From Takakia lepidozioides (lineage: Eukaryota; Plantae; Bryophyta), in contig CM060733.1 of the NCBI GenBank assembly GCA_030704615.1, positions 47,616,001 through 47,680,000 on the forward strand: a DNA stretch of 64,000 nt, given 5' to 3'. Positions 12,241-23,065 of the stretch are shown here, in pieces. Under the pieces are notes generated by a model. That model saw nothing but the letters and a program-made list of their open reading frames with translations, was not told where the DNA came from and searched no databases. Numbering within the stretch: the first letter of the stretch is position 1; every line of letters begins with the position of its first letter. The translations under genes were made by a program, and so were the position numbers.

Positions 12241-14615
12241 ATTTTTCCATCCATGCCGGATGAAAAATACCAGGCTATGAATTCGTTTTATTCCTCTTTC
12301 ATGCATTTTTTTCCGTACTGGATGAGGGTTTTTTTAGGGGATGATGAATTACATGTCAGGATGGGAAACCGCTGCCTTGGATGATGTGTACTGCTTTTTC
12401 ATCCTGCTGATGGACCCTCTCCAAATAAATGAACCTATTTATTTTTTTCATCTGAACCGGATGAAAAAAGCAACTTATGATGGCCATGGAGAATTGTTTA
12501 ATTACCCTTAATTATTGCTAATTAAGGAGTGAAACCCTAACCCCTACCCTATAATCTACTGTTGCTCACGGATGACATCCATCGGGTTTTCAAGATAAAG
12601 GGTGTTGATTATTCATCCGCCGTGGATGAAAAATCGGGTTGTGCCCTAGGGTGTTTCTCCCGCTGTCAACTGCACTCCTCGTGCTTCTGAGCTCGTGGGC
12701 TGAGAGTTATGGCGTCTGAGCTCTGTTGCTTCGTGCCCATGCCGGACGAGCTCCTGGGGATGCGCAATGGCGACGTCTTGTCTCTTCTCTTAGGCGGGAG
12801 ACCCCGCTGTGATGGCATCGTCTCTTTCCATCCTCTGGCTTTTATGTTTCGCAGCGGCGCTTGTGTGGGGAAGTATATCTCTCTGTCTCCCTTCTTAAAC
12901 CTAGCATTTGTATGCTTCGCTTCTCCTTAGCTGTGCTGGAGGTGGCTTGCTGGTGGCGATGGCGCACCGTTACCTTCCCCAATCGCTCAAGGTGCTTTTG
13001 GTGTTTAGGGTTCCTCTTACTTCATGTCTTTCTCTCTTTGTTTTGCGGTTCTTAGTTGACATCGATGACAAGTGTAGGGGTCTGTGATTCACCTGGGGTT
13101 CCACAATCCTCACTAACCCATTGGTTTTTGTGGGGGATTGTGATGGGACCAGGTGAGGATACCTATTTGCTTTGAATGCTCTTGAGTTTGCAGATAAAGA
13201 TGTGAGCAAAAAGAACATACTGCTGCTGCCTGCAGCCCCGATTTCGGCCCGCTTGCTCCTTGTTTGACATGATGATGCTTGCTTTTGACTTATCTTTTAC
13301 TGTTGCTGATGGAGCATTTCGGCCTGGCAGCCTTGTCTCATGCAGCACGACATGTGAATCCTACCCTGTCTTGAATCTTTGACAGCTTTGCCTGTGGATT
13401 TTTAGACTAGGTACTTTTTTTGGCCTTAAAAGAGGATTGATGGTGTAAGGGTAAAGGCATCAGTGGCTGTTAGGCTCTAAGGATGAGGAGGTCTGGTTTT
13501 TGTAAAAGAAGACATCATGATAAGGCAATGACAGGCCGATTTCAGACCTGGATTTGTTGTGGAAACGAGCATAGTGAGGTTATATTTGCAAAACATGGCA
13601 TTAGTCTCCTGTGAAACAGTGATGGTAAGCTCTAAAGGACCATGGCCAGTGATTAGTTACTTTATTTTGCCATATGAATAGCCACCAGCATTCTTGGCCA
13701 AGTGGGCTTGGTCTTGGGCACTCAAATTGTATGTGTGTCAATATCTAGATGTTGTGACAGGGCAGGCCTTTCTTCCATGCCAAAATGCCTTACATGATGC
13801 ATATCTTGGGGCAACTGTACATGATGTAGAATGAAGTCGCAGTCAGTCTTGTCATGCCCAATGTGATCACTTGGTTGCATGTTTGGAGTCTGATTAACTG
13901 CAGGCTGGTCCAGCAAGATTCCTGTGTACATAGGTCCTGAATCTGTATAATGACAGGTTGTTCTTACCTACCCAGAAGGCCTTGCACGATGCACGCCTTG
14001 GGGTACTTACATTTGGCCAAATGTGAAGCTGCAATATGGTTTGTCATGCCCAAGAAGTTTACTTGGTGGCATGCCCGAAGTGTAATTAATTGCGGGCTAG
14101 TCCTTCCAGTTGCCTGTGTGTACATTCCCTGAATGTGTTGTAGGGCAGGCTGTTCTTACCTACCTTGCATAATGCTTGTCTTGGATCACTTCAAGGTACC
14201 TGTGTATACATATCTTGGATCTGTAATGTGGCAAGAAGTTCTTATATGCCCAAGATATCTTGCATGATGCATATCTTATGGATAACTATGGATGATATAA
14301 TCTGAGGCTGCAATCTGACTTATATTGTGCAAGAGGGTCACTTGGGTACATGACAGGAATCTGAATATACCCCGCCCTCCCACCCTGTTTTATCATGATT
14401 GAACGGGTGTCGTCACTTGGTGTGCTATGACAAGACTGGAAGTGTTAGATGGTGCCCTGTCATGGGCTGTTTATGTCTTTAATTGACATTGACCCTAGTA
14501 GGGTCTTGTCCATGTCTTGACATGACATGAATATCTTCCCACTCTCTCCCTCTCTCTTATTAACTCTTTCTATCCCCTCTTTCCCTCTGTGGTTTTTTTT
14601 TTTGTGAGCAGCACG
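12241..14615 (+). repeat. Alpha pseudo-LTR copy 2 (solo), a diverged inverted homolog of the beta pLTR
   Basis: Direct repeat of 1825-3437. Positions 13087-13160 align in reverse complement to beta 4735-4812. The 3' end motif GACATG.ATATCTTCCC is shared with beta. Confidence 0.85.
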
Positions 14616-14619
14616 AAAG

Positions 14620-14639
<20 letters not shown>

Positions 14640-14655
<16 letters not shown>

Positions 14656-16180
14656 ATTTTTTGTCATGTCAAGACAAAGACAGGACCCCTAGGGTCGTTG
14701 TCATGAAAGGATAATCAGACATGATGGTCAATCAGCCTGAACATGATAGTCATGATAGTCAATCAGCCTGATCATGTACTTGCTTTTTTTATTTGCAGAT
14801 AGGGATAGCTTAACCCAATCCTCTAGGGCCAAAGTCTCAAGCAACAGGATTGAATTGTCATCACCTGAATCAATAGCTGCTGAGTCCAATGCTTGCACTT
14901 TAGCATGGAAGTCCGTTGGCTTTGTTTGTGCCAAAACAGCCTGAATAGCAGGGATTGGAGGGGGCAGCGGTGGCTGATATCCCATGGCCTGCAGCTCAGC
15001 AATCCATTCCGGAGTCTGTTTGTTGGAACTTTGCACATAAACTGGAAATTTAGCCTGGTAACCAAATGACAGTGTATGTAGAAATCGCTAAGCATATTGG
15101 ACAGTGAGAGAGGGAAGATACTTTTTGTCATGTCAAGACAAAGACAGGACCCCTAGGATCGACGTTGTCATGAAAGAATAATCAGACATATCAGCCACTT
15201 AACAGTGGCACCATCCATCAATCATCAAGCTTAGAAAATCCAGAATTACATCCATGCACAGTAATGTGTTCATGTCAGTATTATTCATACCCCAAAGATT
15301 ATGCCACTGATGCTGATTGACCACCAGTCATGATCATGATACACATTCAGTGGTCTGGGTGGGATGGCGGGTACTTGGCCATATTTTGGCCTTGATGTGT
15401 TGCAAGTCAAATGGTCATACAGATTTACTGTCCGCAAGCTGTAATCCAAGCATACTTACTCAAACCCCATGGGTGTCATGGAGGGTTTTTTTAAGAAATC
15501 GGAGAAAACAAAAAGAACACTTGGACATCACAGATTTTAAATACCTTGCCCTACTAGTATTGGTTTAGACTGGTCTGCAACACAGCTTGCCCCCACAGGG
15601 GAGATGGATATGTCTGGTAAGTTTTCCTATACTTTTATTTTTTGCTACAGCTGAGAATCAAAGTTCATGACACAACAAGGTAAAGCAAGGAAGGAAAGAG
15701 GTAGGATCAAGAAAAACCATAGAGTAGTTTAGTTTTTCAAAATTTTAAGATCAGTCCCTGGCAAAGTGATTCATTCCCTTGCTCTGCAATCCCATTTGGC
15801 ATCCAGCAGCACCTAGACATCAAAATATTAAGTGGAAGCCCTCACCTGTGCCTGTCCCAAAAACAACCACAACGCATTGTGAGTTAGTGAGGATGCACGA
15901 GGTGAGTAGCAGGCTTCCACACTTGCTATCGAGGTCAAATACACTTCAATCTAAGCGCAGAGAATGCCAAAGAAAGCAGGGAAGCAAAACCAACAGAAAA
16001 AAAACCTTTTTTTACTGTTTGGGGGAGAGTCGCCATCTCTCCACAAGCTTAATCGTGTAGGGAGGACTCCGCCAGTACCATAACACTGCTACCTTAACCA
16101 AAGCAAAGTCTTGCCAAGCACAAGCAAAAAGAGCTTGGTCTCAAAAGGTAGGGTTTATAAGGGAGGGAGAGAGGGGAGAA
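14640..16180 (-). mobile_element. Internally deleted third PLE subfamily (gamma): pLTR 16180-15105, ORF0 15036-14728, short pLTR-end repeat 14722-14640
   Basis: Contains the ORF0 homolog. Positions 14640-14722 duplicate 15105-15190. Positions 15836-15955 are homologous to the conserved block in the alpha and beta pLTRs. It abuts (GA)n at 14617-14651. Confidence 0.75.
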
Positions 16181-18385
16181 CCCTGCCTCTTCTAACATTG
16201 CAATCTCCTGACTTGTGAGATCTGTCCCCACCTTGACAGGCAGCTGCCTGTAAGGCTGGAACAAACCGGTGAAGGTCGGTGCCGGAGTGCAGGCACTGCC
16301 TCTAGATATGAAGGACTTGCACTTCTCACGATTGGTGGCTCTGATTGCGGAGCACTTCACTCGAGACCCAGCTTTGGTGCGTTTTATGTGCCACACTTTG
16401 TCGGAGTAGGTGGACTCCACCACATGCGAGAGCTCGTTGGACTCATTGACAGTGGGAGATGCTGACGTGCTTTGTGAGAAACGTTGCTCCGCACTGGATA
16501 TTCCAGAGACGAACCTCTCATGCAATGGAACACGCGGAATGGAGAAGTTGTCCCTGTCCGCCCTGTGCGAGTCTGCATCCGACCCAGGAGGGGTGTTCAA
16601 TTTCCGTGTACAGGACCCGAATCTCTCCTCGCCCTCCAGATGGGGAACTCTAGACACAAGAGGAGTTCCCTCCGCACACATGTTGACAGCTCTGGCAATT
16701 TTGTTTGGATCCCCTGATCTTTTTGCAGCTCGCAACATCAACTCAGACTTGTCAGGGCCTTTGCCACCAATGCCACCCCTCAAGAAATCGCGATATCTCA
16801 TTTGTTGCTGCAGAGTTCGGATGAGATCATCTGCCGTCGCCACATACAAATCTCGCCCCTGCTTTCTAGACTGCCGCAACCACGCATTGTGCACTGTCTC
16901 CACTAGATTGCAAGAGGGCATGTCCGCCATCTCCTCAATTGACAAGTGCTGCAGAAAGGGAAAACACACATCAGAACAAACAGGTGCACCCCATGATAGC
17001 AGACATGATTGGAAATGCATACAAAGCCAATGAGAATTCATGATCTGAAATTCAGGTACCGTTGTCATGCATGTTCCCCATTGTCTATACCGGAAGTGCC
17101 AAAATGCTAGCCAGTCTTCCAACGCTCTCATACTGTCTTTTGATACAGCCCCAGATGAGAACCACCAGGCACGAATTGACTGGAACAAAGTATTCGCCTC
17201 CGCCATGCTTTTGGCATCTTTGTACTGCTTGCATAGCTTAAGATGAATCGGCCGCATGTCCGGTTTGATGTCTGCCTTGGTATGTTTCTCAAGGGACTGC
17301 GTCCAATGGAAAAGACATGTTCGCTCTCTTCCTGGCATTGGCACTTTTGGATCTCCTGAACCGAACACAATGCAAACAGCTTGAAATTTGCTTGAGCACT
17401 GTCGGCCATAAAACCAGCGAAATTTGGGGATGGGACACCATGGGATGTCATCACGCGAATGAGACATCTCCACATAAGCTGCTGCGACTCCACATCCTCC
17501 GATTGCATGTCACACACTGCAATTGACATGACTCGCTGGTAGAAAGGATCGTAAACATGACACGCCATTGTTGTCCAATCTTTCACTCGTTTGACGTGAT
17601 CAAACATAAGGAAATAGTTCTGCAAATCGCCATCCTTTTGCATGCGCTTGACAAGACTCACTCCGCTGCCCTCCCCGGCTGTCAACATTTTGAAATTGTA
17701 CACTTTGTTGGATCCTTGACCTGGGAACACGCTGTCTTGAATGTAGTCGTACATGCTCCGAGACTTCAATTCCAAAATGTTATCAATATACCCTCTGTTT
17801 GCAGACCCCATCCTCAATGCATTCACGTGGTTTCTAATGTTTGGTGAGCTCAAGGTTGAGAAGTGATCCATAACATTGTCCAAGGCACGCCCCTCTAGCT
17901 TCCTGCCCACAGAGTCCCCTACACTCAGAATATGGCTTTCCAGGAAACTCTTGCTTGCTCCAAGCACAATTGCGGAGGTGGTGGTTGTTGGATTGCTCTC
18001 GTACTCCTGTCTTATCAACTTCGATACTGTTTGAACACTCTCCCTACAATCCCCCTTCGCGCCACAGGATGGTTGTGGAATCCAAAATGTACACAGGCTC
18101 TAGTCATGTTTTTCAAACGGTGAACAACATAGTACTTACGTGCTGCACACACTTCCAGACAGGAAGGCGTTTGTTTGCAGAACTTGCAAAGATCGAAGAA
18201 TCCTCGGAAGTGGGCGGCGGCCTTGCGAGAGGGCCTTCGGGACACGCCATTGCTGCGAAGAGGCCAACATCTGGAAGGAGATGTTCATACCCGTCTAGTG
18301 AGACGAAGACTTGACGAGGCACCTGGCGGAGAAGAGGATTCATGGCGAGCTGACAAGAATATTCGCACGCTCCAAACTCAACCAA
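16180..18385 (-). pseudogene. GCM/MULE-type DDE transposase fragment T1
   Basis: CKFCKQTPSCLEVC..RACVHFGFHNHPVA (second half of a GCM/WRKY-like Zn domain), MFDH (D1), FMAD (D2), CLFH (CxxH), PSCNLVETVH (E). Stop at 18015, frameshift at ~17385, phase-0 intron at 16949-17059. Truncated at EEAGF before the SWIM region. Confidence 0.8.
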
Positions 18386-18445
18386 ACTGGGAGGTGAAGA
18401 GAGAGATTAACCCTCTCCGGTCAAGAATAACTCACTTATCGCAGG

Positions 18446-19417
18446 GTGATGTTGCCCGAGGAGGTCTCGTCGAGCACCGCAAGTCCTGCACGTTCAAGAT
18501 CGTCATCTCCTTTGAGCACAGGGCGCGTGCCCCGGCAACATAACGAGCCATCTGTAGTAAAGCAGTACAACATTCCCATTGTGGAGACAAGAGTGTCGGA
18601 GTCACAGTGGAGAATTGTGAGGACATTGCCGGCATTTCGAGGGAAGTGTTGCGCCATCCGGGTGGATACGAGAGCACGCTGTGGTGAGATGACACGGTGC
18701 TGTACCTGCACCTTGTTTCAGCGACAGATTTTTGACTCCCACATTTGCTCACGTCACAACGCAGACATTTTGGTTCTGTAGGCACGATATAATGACCTGT
18801 GTATTTGGCAAGCCCAAGTACGGGATTCAGGGAATGCCGGAGCCTCCGGACGTCTGGCCTGTTGCACCGGGTTGCAGCCCCTCTCAGAATGAGGCGGATG
18901 CTCTATCTGCAGCAGGATTTCGAATGGTGCAACGCACAGACATCCCGGCCCACGCATTTCCGGTTCCTCAGACCCAGCCATTGCAGACTGCTCGGTCCAG
19001 TAGAGACGGATTGGACAATTCTGCACATCCCACAATGCGATTCGGAAGAGTGAAGAGACGACACCCTCCCAACAAGTTGAATGAGACTCGGATTGCCAAT
19101 GCTCTTGGGATGGCTTGCACTATTCAGAGCTCCGTGGACCTGGCCTTGGGCGTGTGTATCGGATGGCAACGGCCGGCTCGGCTGTACGCGACGATGTATA
19201 CACAATTACGATTGGAGTGGAGCCGACTTGCAATTGTACGGACTTCTCGTTGATGGAAGCAAAGAAGGGTTCGAAGTATTATCCGTGCAAGCATCTGTAT
19301 TACATTTACCTGAAGAGGTTGAGGATGAACGTGACTATTGATGACGTTATTCATGCACCGGCGTTGAGCGTGAACAAGCTGCACAAACTCCTCCTTAGGG
19401 ATTCCAGAAATCATTGA
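18446..19417 (+). pseudogene. C-terminal SWIM zinc-finger part of the same transposase family (T2)
   Basis: IVETRVSESQWRIVRT..KC.A..TRARC matches T1 VVESTYSDKVWHIKRT..KCSA..NREKC. WPVAPG..SQNEADALSAAGF matches T1 LPVKVG..SQEIAMLEEAGF. SWIM motif YTITIGVEPTCNCTDF...CKHLYY. Frameshifted. Confidence 0.8.
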
Positions 19418-19671
19418 TGGGGCAAAGGGAATCCTCCATATGGATATTTTCAATTGCTTTTTGCTGTATCAGACTTTTTTTTGCAGTGTAATGAAATGCA
19501 CCCCAAAACTCCTGGAATGAGGCAATATTCCATTCAAACTGAAATCCAACAGAAGCAGTTGTGGGGCGATTTTTGGAAATTTGTACTTCTGCTCATGAAA
19601 GCCGATTGTCTTACTACTCTGCTCATGCCGCTCATGCCGCTCATGCTCATGAAATAGCAAACCTCTCACAT

Positions 19672-20142
19672 ATTGAGTGCGTTGACGCACGCATTTTTGA
19701 AGCCTCTACAGATGGTGCATCCTCTCTTCAAATTGAAGATATGCATGTGCATTGATCTCTAAATGAAAGACCCAGACTCCAAAGAATGTCCTTCAGACCA
19801 ACCCCAGAAATTGTGTGCGTCAACGCACGCAATTTCGGTGGGTGCTCTGAAGTGTCACTCATGGATTTAAGACGATCTATCTGTGCTCACAAACTAGTGG
19901 GATTCAGATCTGTTTCTCGCTTTGGATTTCCATCACAGCACCCTCAAAAATTGAGTGCATTGACGCACGCAATTTCTGGGGTCTCTTAGGGACATGTACA
20001 GCTTGCCAAAGCGGATATCATGCAGCCCATTTCCCTCTGTTCATGGGTGGAGTTAGAGATGCTCAGTGCAAAACATGGCTTTCAGAGCACCTCTAGAAAA
20101 TTGCGTGCGTTGACGCACGCAATTTTCTGGAGGTGTTCCGAA
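19672..20142. repeat. Four spaced palindromes AATTGCGTGCG-TTGA/TCAA-CGCACGCAATT
   Basis: Copies at ~19672, 19809, 19949 and 20099. The last extends to a ~29 bp stem (20080-20142). Confidence 0.85.
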
Positions 20143-20248
20143 GGTCCTGCTCCAAACACAGCCTCCTTTTTTGTTCAGTGAACAAAAGAAAGGAGCAAAG
20201 GAAAAACTATCAGAACACTCATGTAACTATCAGAATAGTCACATTGAT

Positions 20249-20674
20249 CTACTTCACTAAACTCTGAAGAGGAAAGACATGAATGCAGGGCATAGGATTG
20301 CATGCGTCAGCGCATGCAATTTCCATGCCCTTCAATCTGCACCAAAAAAGAGGAAGGAAAATCATCACCTGTGATACTTTCGGGGGAGCACTCCCTGATG
20401 CTTTGGATGCAGCGGCACTTACCGTCTGTGCAGCCTGCTTCCTCTTCGGCGTCGCCTCCTTCTCAACAACACTCTTCCCTTTTGGCATGGGTTCCTTAGC
20501 AACAGCGTCGGGCTCCTCTGTGTCCATATCCTCTGAGTCGCTCTCTGATGGTGTTTCATCCCCTCCTTCGGCAGCCCCGACCGTCGGGTCCTGCACAGTC
20601 ATTTGTTGTGTTTCCAGGGCCGAGCTCTCCTCTGCTATCTCTTGAAGCGTCAAATCCAGCTTGCGGCCTCTCAT
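20249..20674 (-). CDS. Small acidic/basic low-complexity ORF divergent from transposase T3; possible TE accessory gene, exon 1
   Basis: 141 aa open frame with an acidic tract (ESDSEDMDTEE), an NLS-like PKRK and a plausible donor CAG|GTGATG at ~20368. No family recognised. Confidence 0.35.
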   Translation of the reverse strand: MRGRKLDLTLQEIAEESSALETQQMTVQDPTVGAAEGGDETPSESDSEDMDTEEPDAVAKEPMPKGKSVVEKEATPKRKQAAQTVSAAASKASGSAPPKVSQVMIFLPLFWCRLKGMEIACADACNPMPCIHVFPLQSLVK

Positions 20675-21300
20675 TCTCTCTCTAGCCCTCTTCCTCTCTC
20701 GCGCTGAGGTGAAAAAAAAGACTGCCTTCTACGGCTACCACTCTCTCTGTGGGAACTCAGTCTCCTGCTAGTCTCCAGCTTGAAAATGAGGATGTGCTGG
20801 GCCCAAAGACGTTGTGCGAGGGGATGCCGGCTAGGCAATGCTCGTGACGGTTATGCATGGGTTCACCTCAGACGTGTCCATGTAGCACAGGACCATTTGT
20901 GCATTTGGCACTGGCCGCTGTCACCTCTTGTGTCCGTTTGGCCATACCCTGGGTTCGACGTCCATACATGTGCAAATCGATTTTGCGCATTGCGGCGGTT
21001 CAGAACTTCTCATTGGTTCTGCACTCATTCAGGCAGCCGGGCTATGAATGCAATGTCTGGGCCCACGTGCCTGAAAACATTTCTCCAACCATTGTATCCC
21101 GGATTTTCCGCCTCAGCCGTATTTTGCACTGGATGTGGGCAGGCACATAACTGCTTCACACCTGTTTTAACAACTGTTTACACAACTATTCTTCAAGGAC
21201 TCTTTAATTATCTGTCAGGTATTGATGAACGAAATCCACGGAAGTCGTGGGCCTCTCCACTTTCGAGCTCCGTCTAGCTCGGAATTATTTGTCTTTCACC

Positions 21301-23065
21301 ATGGGTTCGTCTGAAGCGGAGTTTTACTCTGTGGAGAAGCCTATCCCGCATTTCCTGCCTGTCCGGCCCCAAGCCCCACTGTTTCCCTTTCAAGAACTTG
21401 TTGTACCTGCATTGCTGCTGCATATTCTCGAAGGATGCCGATTCCAATGGTTACGCAATTGCGCAGGAATATCTCCTGGCAACGCGTTTCGAGTACCAGA
21501 TTGGCACTGTTTTCCTCGAAAGAGAGGTTTACGATGTCCATGGGAAGTTGATCAAGTACTCATTTCAGAAGCCGGATGAAAATTCTCTTGTGAGTCAGTG
21601 GAGAGTGCCTCCAGGAAGATACAGGGTCGTCGGAGCTCCTCGGCGGCAGTCCACTGGTTCGTATGTCTCCCCGGGAACAGCTGGTTCTGTTGCTCAAGAG
21701 AAAAGGAATATCGTCGTGAAGACGGAGACCACCACTTCCACCCCAATAGTTGAGCTCTCATACTCCTCCTCCGAGGACGTTCCCAGCATCCCAATTTGTG
21801 TGCAAACACCGCCGGTTGTGAAGCTGCAAGTGCAACACCTCATCAGTGTCATTCCTAAACTGAAGTCAATGGGAGGAATGCCCGGTTTCCAGAGTGAATT
21901 GCCGGGGATTGACTGGGAGACTGTCCCTATTGAGTGTGTGGAGTTCCTGCCGGATGCTTACGATGGGGATGTCGTCTTCGAGCTACCTCCACCTGGGCGG
22001 GATGGACCCGTCACGAGCCTCATGCAGGGAATGGACAAGAGAGGAGATGGACACCCGTGGTGCAAAACGAAAACATCGAATATTCAAAATCATGACAACC
22101 TCGTCTTTCGGAGAAGCCTGTGCAATGGGCACCTCATGTGCGAGAATTTGAATTGTAGGCATTTCCAGCGGTTGAAGGTTCACAACCAGTGCGAGTGGGA
22201 GAGTGTCGCCGAAAATCCATTCAAACCCGGTGAAGCACCTCCAAGCTCCAACTGGTCGACAGGATGACGAGTGGGAACTTGTCAAACAGTTGGGTCATGT
22301 TCGACCATATCAAGCGAATTACAAATCACCAGTGGGTGACAATGGGTGCACATGTCTACGACACCCACTGCAGGATGCTAATGACAATTGCTATTTGTGA
22401 GATGAAAGGAGAGGACACACAATCGGAGATGCTTCTTTGGCAGGGAATAAACGAACAGATGGCCAAGGCGGGATTGCCCCCTCCCAATTTCCGTGGTTTC
22501 ATGGCGGACAACGCACAAGCAAATTGGGCTACCATCCGAAGGGTGTACGGGCAAGACCCCAATGTTCCCATGGAAGGCAAAGAGAGATCTTGTGGGTTCC
22601 ATTTTCTGCAGAGCCTTTCGCAGTACACAACCAGGCTCGTGGCGCCAGATTTCAGAGAGGAGCACCGTTCCATGTGCCTTGCGTGGAAGCGCGCTCCCAC
22701 CTTGGATGATGCAGAGACACAGTTTGCATGCATACGGGCTTGGTGGACATCGTCAGGTGCTGTAAGGAAATCAGACGAGGGAGCAATGGTCAGTTGGCTA
22801 GCATGGTGGCATTATCGTTTCCTCCAGTTTGGCGACTATATGCGGGAGGTGAGTTGCACGAATTCGCGTCCCGTTGAATATTATTCTTGGCCATATTTGT
22901 AACTTGCTTGTAACCTAAACATGTGCTTGTGCAGGAAATGTGTCTCGACTCCGACACCGACATGCCCACGACAAACATGGCCAAATCAGTGCACTCTTCC
23001 TGGCGTGCCTCCTCTGCAGCGCATCTGGTGGACATCCTCACTGCCACAACGGAGGACATTGTGAG
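21301..23065 (+). pseudogene. GCM/MULE-type transposase fragment T3
   Basis: FLP..YDGDVVFELPP, MDKRGDGHPWCKT...CNGHLMCENLNC (first GCM half), then an internal deletion at ~22250. It resumes MFDH, FMADNAQANW, CGFH, intron 22849-22934 (same position and phase as in T1), PTTNMAKSVH (catalytic E changed to K). Confidence 0.8.
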
